A stretch of 52,439 bases of DNA from an uncultured Alphaproteobacteria bacterium (GCA_938074435.1 CALJEH010000090.1:1-52439); one strand, 5' to 3'; shown: positions 36,314-46,125, numbered from the stretch's first letter. Notes: generated by a model not told the origin, from the sequence alone. Translations and numbers: made by a program.

Positions 36314-36636
36314 TGATTTAGATACCCTTTTCTCATTGGCATTGCATCAATAATATTAAATAAATTATCAATAATATCAGTGCTTTGTGAGTATTTTTTA
36401 ATAGATCCATCAAGCCCAATTAGATAAAGTCCATACCCATTTTTATTGATTGTAAATGATAAATCTCCTGCAACTTTACAATCAAATATTTCTATGTATT
36501 TAATTTTTCTCTCCTCTATATCTATGGAATTTTTTTCAAAAAAATCGTTTATATATTTCTGGATATTTTGGTGTTGGTCAGAGTTGTCACGATAGTGAAC
36601 GACAAGTCTTTTGTCCCATTTATATTTATCAAACAT
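36310..36636 (-). CDS. DUF4174-like protein
   Basis: YKWDKRLVV...LIGLDGSIK...LFNIIDAMPMR pattern. Confidence 0.8.
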   Translation of the reverse strand: MFDKYKWDKRLVVHYRDNSDQHQNIQKYINDFFEKNSIDIEERKIKYIEIFDCKVAGDLSFTINKNGYGLYLIGLDGSIKKYSQSTDIIDNLFNIIDAMPMRKGYLNQ

Positions 36637-36704
36637 GAGAAATTATAAGTTACAAATTTTGAATTTAACTGTTATAAATGTATCAGAAACGAAAGGATAT
36701 TAAC

Positions 36705-37682
36705 ATGATTAATGCTGTAATGATTGGACTTGGATGGTGGGGTAAACATTCTATTGACTCGGTAAAAGGAAAAAGTGAGAAAATCAATATAATAGGTGCG
36801 TGTTCAAAAAACACAGATCAACATGCTGAATATCTAAATAAAAATGCGTTAAAAATCTACAATAATTATGATGATGTCTTGAGAGATGAAGCAGTTGACG
36901 CTGTAATACTTACAACACCTCATTCTATGCATACTGAACAAATTCTATCAGCAGCAAACCATAATAAACATGTTTTTGTTGAGAAACCAATTACACTAAC
37001 AAAAGATGATGCAATAAAATGTGTCAATGCATTGAAAGAAAAAAACTTAAAACTTGGAGTGGGTTTTAGTAGAAGATTTCAACCAGCATATATTGATCTC
37101 TTAAAAATGCTTAAAGCTGGTGATATTGGTGAAGTCCTCCATATAGAGGGTGAACAATCAGGTCCTAGTGCCTATAAATTAAAAGAAGGCATGTGGAGAG
37201 CTGAAAAATCTGAGAGCCCAGGTGGTGCAATGGCAGCTAGAGGTATTCATGTCATGGATGCAATGATCAGTATGGCAGGAGAAGTAGAGAGAATCTCATG
37301 TATCAGTGAAAGAAGAGTGTTGGATATTGATCTTGATGACACAACGTCAATGTTAGTAAAATTCAAGAGTGGTGTGTCTGGATATCTTGGCACCATATAT
37401 GTGACAGCAGATATATGGAGATTACATGTTTATGGTTCAAAAGGTTATCTTCTGATGGATGGTGAGACTAGATTGATTAAAAAATTATTGGATAATACTG
37501 AAACTATCACTAATTATCCAAATACTAATATTGTTGGTCTTACATTAGAAGCTTTTGCAGATGATATAGAAGGTAAACAATCATTCCCTGTAACATCTGA
37601 AGAGGCTATTCACGGAGTTGCTGCTTTTGAAGCAATGGTAAAATCAGCTAAAAATGATTACGAGTGGGTTAAACTGGATTAG
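36705..37682 (+). CDS. Gfo/Idh/MocA-family oxidoreductase (ATG 36705 preferred over 36678)
   Basis: IGLGWWG Rossmann motif, DAVILTTPHSMH, HVFVEKP, GIH.MD; AAAGGA RBS. Confidence 0.92.
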   Translation: MINAVMIGLGWWGKHSIDSVKGKSEKINIIGACSKNTDQHAEYLNKNALKIYNNYDDVLRDEAVDAVILTTPHSMHTEQILSAANHNKHVFVEKPITLTKDDAIKCVNALKEKNLKLGVGFSRRFQPAYIDLLKMLKAGDIGEVLHIEGEQSGPSAYKLKEGMWRAEKSESPGGAMAARGIHVMDAMISMAGEVERISCISERRVLDIDLDDTTSMLVKFKSGVSGYLGTIYVTADIWRLHVYGSKGYLLMDGETRLIKKLLDNTETITNYPNTNIVGLTLEAFADDIEGKQSFPVTSEEAIHGVAAFEAMVKSAKNDYEWVKLD

Positions 37683-37687
37683 TTTAA

Positions 37688-38518
37688 TTATTGTTTTGTG
37701 GTACTAATTTTATTTGAAACAAATAACAAATAAGAAAGTACAAAGTTAATAGACATAAATATTACAATTGTGGGGGCTGGAGCGCTGTCAATATAATATG
37801 ATCCAAAAACACCCAGGATTGAAGACAAAACCGTAGAGGATACTGCAACTAATAACATTCTTTTAAAATCCTTTGATACCAAAAATCCAGTTGCACCCGG
37901 TATTATCAAAAGAGCAATAGATAATATAATACCAACAGCTTTTAGATTTGAAACGATTACTAAAGATAAAATTACAAGAAGACCATAATGAAGAGTGGAA
38001 ATGTTTAGCCCAATTGATTTTGCGTGGATAATATCAAAACAAAAAACTAAAAGGTCCTTCCATTTTGCAAGTAAAATTATGATAATAAACAAGGATATCA
38101 GGGTTGAGAATATTAGGTCAGAATCATTAATCCCTAGTAAATTACCGAATAATATTTCATCTAAATGCACATTAGTTTCTACTTTTGTATATATGACAAT
38201 ACCGAGCGCAAACATTCCAGAAAATACAACACCCATAACTGTATCTTCTTTTATTCGTGAGTTGTTTTTTAAAAATCCAGTAGCTAAAGAACAAAACAAA
38301 CCAGCTATAAAAGCCCCAATAAACAATGGTAAATTAAGTATATAGGCAATAGCGATACCCGGTAACACTGCATGTGAGATTGCATCACCAATTAGTGACC
38401 AACCTTTTAATACTAGAAAACATGATAATATTGATGCTGGAATTGATATTAAAATAGCAATTAATAAAGCATTTAACATAAATTCATACTGAAATGGATA
38501 TATTAATAAATCAAACAT
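37688..38518 (-). CDS. sitD: Mn/Fe ABC transporter permease
   Basis: LKGWSLIGDAISHAVLPG, KEDTVMGVVFSGMFA, HLDEILFGN. Confidence 0.85.
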   Translation of the reverse strand: MFDLLIYPFQYEFMLNALLIAILISIPASILSCFLVLKGWSLIGDAISHAVLPGIAIAYILNLPLFIGAFIAGLFCSLATGFLKNNSRIKEDTVMGVVFSGMFALGIVIYTKVETNVHLDEILFGNLLGINDSDLIFSTLISLFIIIILLAKWKDLLVFCFDIIHAKSIGLNISTLHYGLLVILSLVIVSNLKAVGIILSIALLIIPGATGFLVSKDFKRMLLVAVSSTVLSSILGVFGSYYIDSAPAPTIVIFMSINFVLSYLLFVSNKISTTKQ

Positions 38519-39371
38519 TCTTGCTGTTTTTATTATTTTGTGAGATTACCTTCCAAATATAACCATATTTTGGTGAGAAGAAGAAAGCCAAAAGAAATAA
38601 GATAGTTTGCACTAATATAATAACACCGCCTGTCGCTCCATCAATGAAGTAACTAATGTACGTTCCAAATGCACATGAAAATACTCCAACGAATATACTT
38701 ATGAGTATTAATTTTGAGAATTTATCTGTTATTAGATATGCCGTTGCTCCTGGTGTAACAATCATTGCAATAACAAGAAACGCACCAACTGTTTGCATAG
38801 CAGCAACGGTAGAAACTGATAGTAATACAAAGAATATAAGTTTTAAAAATTTTATATTTAACCCCACTGTTTGTGCATGGTTTTCATCATAAAACAAAAG
38901 CATTAGATCTTTCCATTTCAATATTAATATTGAGAGTGTTATCACTGAAATTATGATTAATTGAAGGGTGTCTTGGGGAGTGATTGACAGAATATTTCCT
39001 AGAATTATTGTTTGGATATTAATTGGAGTAGGTGAAATTGAGATAATAAATAAACCAATTGCAAAAAATGAGGTAAAAATTATACCAATAATAGAGTCTT
39101 CTTTTAGATTTGTTTTTTCATTTAAATAGAGCATAGCAACTGCTGCAGCTGTTCCAGATATAAACGCACCTATTGTGAATGGAAGCCCTAAGATATATGC
39201 TCCAGCAACTCCAGGAACTATTGAATGGCTTAATGCGTCACCGATAAGTGACCACCCCTTCATTATTACAAAGCAGGATAAAAATGCACAAATCGCCCCT
39301 ACTAATGAACTAACAATAATTGCATTTCGCATATAAGAATAGTTGAGTGGCTCTAGGACTAAATCTATCAT
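38511..39371 (-). CDS. sitC: Mn/Fe ABC transporter permease
   Basis: KGWSLIGDALSHSIVPG, QTVGAFLVIAM.VTPGATAY, DGATGG. Confidence 0.87.
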   Translation of the reverse strand: MIDLVLEPLNYSYMRNAIIVSSLVGAICAFLSCFVIMKGWSLIGDALSHSIVPGVAGAYILGLPFTIGAFISGTAAAVAMLYLNEKTNLKEDSIIGIIFTSFFAIGLFIISISPTPINIQTIILGNILSITPQDTLQLIIISVITLSILILKWKDLMLLFYDENHAQTVGLNIKFLKLIFFVLLSVSTVAAMQTVGAFLVIAMIVTPGATAYLITDKFSKLILISIFVGVFSCAFGTYISYFIDGATGGVIILVQTILFLLAFFFSPKYGYIWKVISQNNKNSKNV

Positions 39372-39378
39372 TTTATGA

Positions 39379-40119
39379 TTAGCTAACTTTTAAATTAAAG
39401 AAGTTTATGTGATTACCAAAAGTTTTAGTTAAATTTTCTTTTGTAAAAACTTCTCCTGTGGAGCCTTCTTTTTGTATTGTCCTATTTATCAAGATTGTTC
39501 TATCGCAGATATCTGGAACAATATTAAGATCATGTGTTGAAATGAGTATAATTTTATTTTTCTTTCTTTCTTTTTTGATGAGTTCAAGTATCGTTTCTTG
39601 TGTGTTAGTATCCACTCCTGTAAATGGTTCATCCAATAATAAGATCTTGCTTTCCTGAGCAAGCGCACGTGCGAGGAATACTCTTTTTTTCTGCCCTCCC
39701 GAGAGTTCACCAATTTGCCTGTCCTGTAATTTTTCCATTCCAACCTTCTGTAATGACTCTTTGACAATCTTAAAGTCATTAAATTTTGGCTTTCTCATAA
39801 AGTTCATATAAGAATATCTTCCCATCATAACTACATCTTTTACAAGTATAGGAAAGTCCCAATCGATTTCATCATTTTGAGGGACGTAAGAGATAAGATT
39901 GTTTTTTATAGCTAAGTCTATTGGATAATCATCAATGATAATCGAACCTTGATGAATTTTCAATATCCCCATAATTGAACGAAATAATGTAGTTTTCCCA
40001 GAACCATTAACTCCCAATAATGCTGTTATTGAGCCATTAGGAATGGAACAGGTGGCATCATGTAATGCCTCATGTCCATTCTTATAGAATACGCTCACAT
40101 TTTTAATTTCAATACTCAT
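39379..40119 (-). CDS. sitB: Mn/Fe ABC transporter ATP-binding protein
   Basis: GVNGSGKTT, YVPQ..EIDWDFP, RQIGELSGGQKKRVFLARALAQ. Confidence 0.88.
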   Translation of the reverse strand: MSIEIKNVSVFYKNGHEALHDATCSIPNGSITALLGVNGSGKTTLFRSIMGILKIHQGSIIIDDYPIDLAIKNNLISYVPQNDEIDWDFPILVKDVVMMGRYSYMNFMRKPKFNDFKIVKESLQKVGMEKLQDRQIGELSGGQKKRVFLARALAQESKILLLDEPFTGVDTNTQETILELIKKERKKNKIILISTHDLNIVPDICDRTILINRTIQKEGSTGEVFTKENLTKTFGNHINFFNLKVS

Positions 40120-40124
40120 GTTAT

Positions 40125-41039
40125 TTACTGTGCTGTAAGTCCTTTAATTACTGTAGAATATGTTATTGCAAGTAGGTCCAAATATGTTGGAACAGGGCCA
40201 TCCAATTCAGTTAAAGAGTCCACATATAGAATACCTCCATAGGAAATATTTGTTTCTCGCGCAATTTGCTGGGCAGGTTTTGGAGAAATAGTACTTTCAC
40301 TGAAGATAACTTTTATACCATTTTTATTTATGCTATCGATCACGTTCTTAACTTGTTTAGGTGATCCTTGCTGGTCTGCATTTATAGGCCATATAAATAA
40401 CTCATTTAACCCAAGATCTCTTGCAAGATAACTAAATGCACCTTCGCTTGTAACCAGCCATCTCTCTTTGGGATTAATTATGTCAATTTTTTTTGATAGA
40501 GGTAAGAGTACACCTTCAATTTTTAGAATATAATTTTCAGCATTTTCTTGGTATTGTTTACTATTTGACTCATCATATTCAATGAGCGCCTCTGTAATGT
40601 TTTTTACATACGCACGTGCCGAATCCATTGCCATCCAAGCATGAGGATTTGGTTTTCCGTTATAAGGTCCAGTGGATATTCCAATTGGCTCAATCCCCTT
40701 AGTTGCTAAAACAATTGGGACTTCATCTAAGCTATCATAAAATTGATCAAACCATAATTCTAATCCCATTCCATTATGAATAATAAGATCAGCGTCCTGA
40801 GCCTTAATAATATCTCTTGGTGTTGGTTGGTAATTGTGGATTTCTGCTCCTGGCTTTGTTATAGATTCAACAATTGCTAAATCACCAGTAATATTTTTTG
40901 TTATATCTGCAATAATAGTAAAGGTGGTAACGACCTTTAATTTTTCTGCTCTTGATACATCAGATAGAAGTAAAGTTAGAGATAAAAAAACAAAAAGACT
41001 AGCTTTAATATATTTGGTGATAGTGCGATGTAATTTCAT
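40125..41039 (-). CDS. sitA: Mn/Fe ABC transporter substrate-binding protein (ATG 41039 preferred)
   Basis: VVTTFT, GAEIHNYQPTP, PNPHAWM, VTSEGAFSY, LYVDSL: His/His/Glu/Asp metal site. Confidence 0.9.
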   Translation of the reverse strand: MKLHRTITKYIKASLFVFLSLTLLLSDVSRAEKLKVVTTFTIIADITKNITGDLAIVESITKPGAEIHNYQPTPRDIIKAQDADLIIHNGMGLELWFDQFYDSLDEVPIVLATKGIEPIGISTGPYNGKPNPHAWMAMDSARAYVKNITEALIEYDESNSKQYQENAENYILKIEGVLLPLSKKIDIINPKERWLVTSEGAFSYLARDLGLNELFIWPINADQQGSPKQVKNVIDSINKNGIKVIFSESTISPKPAQQIARETNISYGGILYVDSLTELDGPVPTYLDLLAITYSTVIKGLTAQ

Positions 41040-41057
41040 AAAGAATAGTATAATGAA

Positions 41058-41076
41058 AATGAGAATGATTTGCAAC
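41058..41076 (-). promoter_or_regulatory. Fur/Mur-type box upstream of sitA
   Basis: 19-bp imperfect palindrome GTTGCAAATCATTCTCATT ending 18 nt before the sitA ATG. Confidence 0.7.
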
Positions 41077-41189
41077 TGCAACTATAATTTATTGTAATAA
41101 TTATTAGAGGTAGTATTAAAATTAATAGTTAATTGTCTTTTTGATCTTTTTCAGATCATAAATATTAGCCGCTTGTTTATGATTGATAA

Positions 41190-42353
41190 TCAAATCTGGG
41201 TATTACATACCCAATCTCTGATATTGTCTCCAAAGGCTTCGTATCCATTTTCACGTACAATTACTGTATCTTCAAGTTTTACAAAACCTACACCATCATA
41301 TTTTAGATCTGTTTCTATCGATAATACCATACCTGCTTCTAGAGGTTTTTCTTTATATGGTGCAGGATAGGGGATAACACCTTTATCGTATAGATGAGGC
41401 GCTTCATGTTGGATCATTCCCATACCATGAGCGACAAATTTATAATCAAGAGAATTATCGCATTTACTCAATTCATTATTAGCTGCTTCTAAGATATCAT
41501 TTCCAGTTATTCCAGCTCTAATAACTTTACGGGGTGCATCATTTATTGCACGAACTTGGGATAATAGATCTTTCATTAACTCAGTTGGTTCTCCCATCAC
41601 CGCCATTCTGCATAGATCTCCAAGATAACCGTCAAGATTTGCGCCAGAGTCAAGGGATAAGATATCTCCTTCATTCCAGAATAATTTTTCTGAAGGCGTT
41701 CTATTATAAGATGTTCCTGCTGCAATCAAACAATATTCAAAATTCATTCCTAGTGATGTTTCTTCTTCTTTTAAGGCTTGTGCAATTGATTTAGTTGATG
41801 ATCCTGGCTTTGCACTCTTCATCACTTTTTCCATTGAGTTTGTGATATTATCTGATGCTGTTTTAAGTAGTTTTAATTCATGATCTGTTTTTATTACTCT
41901 AAGTTCTTGCATTAAAACTAAAACATCTACAAATTCAGCATTTGGGAGGAGTTTTTGCAACATTAAAAATGTATCAGTAGGCGTATTACAAAATTCAATA
42001 CCTATTCTTTTATTTGAATAACCAAGTTTATAGATCAGTTTAGCTGCTTCTTCACCTGCCTGCTTCGTATTCCATTGGATGTTTTGGATATTATTTATCC
42101 AAAGAGGTTCAACTTCTTGTTGTTGTGGCTCGAGCATATGCCCTATATAAAATGCATCTTCAGGTTTCCCTTTTGGGTATCCAATTGTTGGTAAATACCT
42201 ACTGATACCGATTGCATCCTTTTGGGCAAAAAAGAAAAATTTATAGCCACCAAGTAAGTACTGAGCTGTATTTTTATCATTTATTAGTAAAAAATCTATA
42301 CCCTCATTATCTAGTAGTTTATCAAGTTTATTTTGATTAAATGGTAGTTCCAT
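41190..42353 (-). CDS. M24 (Xaa-Pro peptidase/creatinase fold) hydrolase (ATG 42353 preferred)
   Basis: Metal ligands retained: LDSG...GDLCR, HGMG..QHE, SIET, KLEDTV; AGGA RBS. Confidence 0.88.
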   Translation of the reverse strand: MELPFNQNKLDKLLDNEGIDFLLINDKNTAQYLLGGYKFFFFAQKDAIGISRYLPTIGYPKGKPEDAFYIGHMLEPQQQEVEPLWINNIQNIQWNTKQAGEEAAKLIYKLGYSNKRIGIEFCNTPTDTFLMLQKLLPNAEFVDVLVLMQELRVIKTDHELKLLKTASDNITNSMEKVMKSAKPGSSTKSIAQALKEEETSLGMNFEYCLIAAGTSYNRTPSEKLFWNEGDILSLDSGANLDGYLGDLCRMAVMGEPTELMKDLLSQVRAINDAPRKVIRAGITGNDILEAANNELSKCDNSLDYKFVAHGMGMIQHEAPHLYDKGVIPYPAPYKEKPLEAGMVLSIETDLKYDGVGFVKLEDTVIVRENGYEAFGDNIRDWVCNTQI

Positions 42354-42363
42354 ATTCTTGTTC

Positions 42364-43566
42364 CTAAAATGTTGGGCTTTGAAAATCATTTTTTAGCCTG
42401 TTTTTACCCCATTGGCTAAATTGAAGGTCCTGATTGAAATGAATGTGACTAGAGCATGCTTGCACGTCCATAATTGCATTTGTGATAGGATGTCTATTAT
42501 AAATCCCATTTGCTCCTGAAACTTGTTGAATGATTGAGATTGCTTCCAATGTTATTTGAACGGCATATGCAGCATTTCTTTTATATTTTAATTTATTGTC
42601 TGTTGATATTTCGCCATCTTTATTCATAAGTTTTTCAGCTTCGATGCAGTCATTTCTCAATAATAATTTTGCAGCATCAATTCTTGATGCAATTTCTCCT
42701 ATGCGATTATGGACTGTTGGTATATCAGACATTTTCATATTTGAGGTACTTGTTGATCTCTTTTCTATCCATTCTACGAGTAAATCAAGACAAAGTTGAG
42801 CCCCCCCAATAGCACATCCAGCAAGACCGTGTCCACCTATTGCGGGTGTTGGGATTTGGTACATCAAATTAGGATTAGTGGGGACCCCTTTAAAGGAATG
42901 ACCCTCTTTATTTACCGTGAAAGATTGAAGTTTATATTCAGGAACAAAGAGTTCATTTATTCGAACAGAACAACTGCCAGTTTGCTTCATTCCATAGGTA
43001 TCCCAATCATTTAGTATCTCATAATCACTTTTATGAAGCACACATTGATGCCAATCTTTTTGACCATTATCATCCAATATGAAAGCAAATATACACCAGT
43101 CAGATATTTGAATACCTGAGCAAAAGTTCCATAGTCCTGTTAGTATAATTCCATCATCAACTTTTTTTGCATGACCTTGTTGGTAAATATTTCCAGCAGC
43201 AATTAGTGCATCTGGATTCTCTGACCATATTTCTTCTTGTATTTCAGGGCTGAAGAGGGCTAATGTTCTGTGATGTGATGCCATATTTGCCACTATCCAA
43301 CCCGTACTACAATCACCTCTAGATATGATCTCAGGGATGTCTAACCATGACTCAAAACTCAATTCTAATCCGCCCCATTGCTTCGGTTGGACATATCTAA
43401 ATAATTTTTCTTTGTGAATTAAATTTAATATATCATCTGAAATGTTTGTATTAGTATTATCAATATCTGAACGAATTTTTCTAATTTTAGGAACTAAAGA
43501 TAAAGCTATATTATTCGCTTGATCACTTGTAATAGGATTTAGTTGTTCAATATGTTTTTTTAGCAT
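42364..43566 (-). CDS. Flavin-dependent monooxygenase, oxygenase component (acyl-CoA dehydrogenase fold, HsaA/C2-HpaH-like)
   Basis: QPKQWGG, STGW, WNFCSG...DW, DWDTYGMKQTGS, SGANGIY, SSHIHF. Confidence 0.85.
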   Translation of the reverse strand: MLKKHIEQLNPITSDQANNIALSLVPKIRKIRSDIDNTNTNISDDILNLIHKEKLFRYVQPKQWGGLELSFESWLDIPEIISRGDCSTGWIVANMASHHRTLALFSPEIQEEIWSENPDALIAAGNIYQQGHAKKVDDGIILTGLWNFCSGIQISDWCIFAFILDDNGQKDWHQCVLHKSDYEILNDWDTYGMKQTGSCSVRINELFVPEYKLQSFTVNKEGHSFKGVPTNPNLMYQIPTPAIGGHGLAGCAIGGAQLCLDLLVEWIEKRSTSTSNMKMSDIPTVHNRIGEIASRIDAAKLLLRNDCIEAEKLMNKDGEISTDNKLKYKRNAAYAVQITLEAISIIQQVSGANGIYNRHPITNAIMDVQACSSHIHFNQDLQFSQWGKNRLKNDFQSPTF

Positions 43567-43601
43567 TAGATAAAATAAGATTTAACATAATTACTTGGGC
43601 T

Positions 43602-44690
43602 CTATTTAAAGTCGTCCTCAGATAAGTTTAGTAACCTCAATGCATTAAGTCCACAAATCTTCTCCCTTTCTTCTTCAGAAATACTTTCTATTTGATATAC
43701 ATGTTCCACTGGATCATGTTCTGCCATATCAGCTGGATAATCAGTTCCTATTGCAATATGATCAGCTCCATATTTTTTAATCAGAAATTCTAACTGATCA
43801 ATAGAGAATACTAGAGTATCAAAATAAAATTTCTTGAGATATGTTGTAGGTTTTTTAAATATCTTTTGACGACAATCGATTCTTGCTCCATATGCATGAT
43901 CCATTCTCGCAGCATAGCTTGCTGGAAATGCACCACCGTGTGATAAATAAAATTTAATATTCGGATATCTTTCCATAACACCATCGAAGATTAGATAATG
44001 AATGGCAACTGTTGTGTCTAATGGATTACCAATGACATTTAGCATGTAATGTTCGCCAAATCTGTCACTATAAAATGAAGATGGATGGATGAATATTAAG
44101 ATGTCTAACTCTTCGCACCTTTTCCAGAATGGTTCGAGCCTTTCAGCAGATAATTCATCTTTTCCAACTCTTGCTCCAATCTGAATTCCCCTAAAGCCTA
44201 ATTCATTCACGCATCTATCAAGTTCTTTTAGAGCTAAATCTGTATCTTGAAGAGGAACAGTCCCAAGTCCAGTGAGTCTTTTAGGGTGTATTTTTACTGT
44301 AGAAGCAATGTTATCGTTGATGATTTCAGAAGATTCAGCACAAAGATTTTTGTCTACCATGTAGTAGAATTGTTGTGGAGAACAAGATAGAGCAGAGACA
44401 TCAAGTAGGGATTTATTCATTTGGTCTAATCTTACATTTATATCTGTGAATGGAACCTCTCTATCCTCAAATTGTTTTTTATTTACTTGCTTTGTTAATT
44501 CGCTTGCCACGCCAACAGAAGGATGGAAATCTTTGGGCAAATGTGGTTTTACCAAATCATCAGCCGCAGGTGTTCTAACATGATTATGCAGATCAACAGT
44601 TAACGTTTTTGGCCTTTGAGATATACCACTTACGTGATCTCTCCCTGCTGTTGGACCATATGGTCTTATTTCAATATCATGTTTTGTCAT
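43602..44690 (-). CDS. Amidohydrolase_2 family protein (ACMSD-like decarboxylase/hydrolase)
   Basis: DLHNH, LGTVPLQD, FIHP, GNPLDTT, SHGGAF, GTDYP. Confidence 0.88.
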   Translation of the reverse strand: MTKHDIEIRPYGPTAGRDHVSGISQRPKTLTVDLHNHVRTPAADDLVKPHLPKDFHPSVGVASELTKQVNKKQFEDREVPFTDINVRLDQMNKSLLDVSALSCSPQQFYYMVDKNLCAESSEIINDNIASTVKIHPKRLTGLGTVPLQDTDLALKELDRCVNELGFRGIQIGARVGKDELSAERLEPFWKRCEELDILIFIHPSSFYSDRFGEHYMLNVIGNPLDTTVAIHYLIFDGVMERYPNIKFYLSHGGAFPASYAARMDHAYGARIDCRQKIFKKPTTYLKKFYFDTLVFSIDQLEFLIKKYGADHIAIGTDYPADMAEHDPVEHVYQIESISEEEREKICGLNALRLLNLSEDDFK

Positions 44691-44721
44691 ATAACTTCTC
44701 CAATTTTTCTATCATGTTATG

Positions 44722-44752
44722 TTGCCCAGTCAAATTAAGTGTGACTGGGCAA
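44722..44752. other. Intercistronic GC-rich hairpin
   Basis: TTGCCCAGTCA-N9-TGACTGGGCAA, perfect 11-bp stem with no U-tract on the coding (-) strand. Confidence 0.7.
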
Positions 44753-44760
44753 TAAGTCTA

Positions 44761-45972
44761 TTATTCCCACCAATGCAAGGCATCTTTATTTTCACCTTGT
44801 TTAGCATTTGGTCCACTGCCGTTTGTTCTGAGATACATTTTCTTATCATGACCTGCTTTTATTTTTCCATTAAAAACATCTACAAGCCAATCCATACACA
44901 TCATATGACAGTCATGTCGATCTTGCCCTGTACCTTTGAACATAACTGCTTGGTGATATGTATCCTCATAAACCCACAATTCTTTTGGCGCAGTAACTTT
45001 ATCATAGAAATTATAGACCAATTCAACAGGACTTCTTGAATCATATTCTCCAACTGTAAGAAGAATTGGACATTTAATATCTTTTTCTCTTCCTTCAACG
45101 GTCATTTGTGCAACAATTTTATCAAGTTCTTCTTCACTTTGAGTGCCTGTGAGATAGCCAAATAATTGTTTATATCTTGGTGAAAAAGTATCCAGAATAT
45201 AATATTTATCTAGATAAGAGGCCCATGGTCCTACAACACCCTTAATTCTAGGATCACCAGATGCAGCAACTTCAAGGCCCCAATGCGAACCCATTGATAC
45301 AGCAAATATACCAATTTTATCTTTATCAACCTCTGGTCTTGTTTCTAACCAATCAACAATACTTAATACAGCTCGTTCATAATTGCCATGTGTAAGTTTT
45401 TGATTTCGGATGTTACTCATGCCCTGTCCAGGTCCATCAATAACAAGTAGGTGCATACCCCTTGCATGCGCTTCAACAACTTTTGGATCTGGCCACATTT
45501 CCTTAGTCATATCACATCCGGGAATGAATATCATTGTTGGCGCGACATCCACGCCAGGACATAAAAAGAAATTACATTGTAATTGCATATCTTCAAAAGG
45601 AACTTCAACTCTTTCAATTGTGTAAGGTGCTAGTTCGATTACTTTCTCAAAATTAGCAATACATCTACCATGCAGGTATCTTTTTTCATCATTTGTTTCT
45701 AAAACTGGATGCTGTGCAGCAGCAAATTTTGCAGAAGCCCTGTAATATAAATCAAAAGCAGTTGATTTATGACCTGCTACTTCTTCTTCTTGAGCAACTT
45801 TTTCTAGCCTCTGGCCTTGTCTACCTAGATGCTTGGAGATCTGACCATGGCTTTTAACAGTGCCAGGTAATTCTCTTCCTTCTTCATCCCAGTGAAAAAC
45901 ACGACCTGTTTCCTTAACAATCCAGTCATATATCCACTGATGTCCGTCTCTATTTAATCTTGGTGTACGCAT
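44761..45972 (-). CDS. Alpha/beta hydrolase, FrsA / 2,6-dihydroxypseudooxynicotine hydrolase-like (ATG 45972 preferred)
   Basis: ERVEVPF, PGCDMTKE, DGPGQG, nucleophile elbow AVSMG, GEYD, DTYH; GGGAGA RBS. Confidence 0.85.
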   Translation of the reverse strand: MRTPRLNRDGHQWIYDWIVKETGRVFHWDEEGRELPGTVKSHGQISKHLGRQGQRLEKVAQEEEVAGHKSTAFDLYYRASAKFAAAQHPVLETNDEKRYLHGRCIANFEKVIELAPYTIERVEVPFEDMQLQCNFFLCPGVDVAPTMIFIPGCDMTKEMWPDPKVVEAHARGMHLLVIDGPGQGMSNIRNQKLTHGNYERAVLSIVDWLETRPEVDKDKIGIFAVSMGSHWGLEVAASGDPRIKGVVGPWASYLDKYYILDTFSPRYKQLFGYLTGTQSEEELDKIVAQMTVEGREKDIKCPILLTVGEYDSRSPVELVYNFYDKVTAPKELWVYEDTYHQAVMFKGTGQDRHDCHMMCMDWLVDVFNGKIKAGHDKKMYLRTNGSGPNAKQGENKDALHWWE

Positions 45973-46125
45973 CAATAAATCTCCCATATTTTGCTTGAGT
46001 TTCAAAACTCAAAAAATTAATTTTACTAACTATAATTTATAGGGTAAAAAACATTTATTTGGAACATAAAAATAAGAAATACTCTCTGTTAGACTACTTA
46101 ATATCCAAAGTTTAAGATAAAAAAA

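Noticed and set aside
41040..41081. TTG-initiated N-terminal extension of sitA
   Set aside because: Overlaps the Fur/Mur box; ATG 41039 already yields a normal signal peptide.
42354..42389. Apparent overlap of the M24 gene with the monooxygenase
   Set aside because: Artefact of the longest-ORF call; ATG 42353 has an AGGA RBS and removes the overlap.
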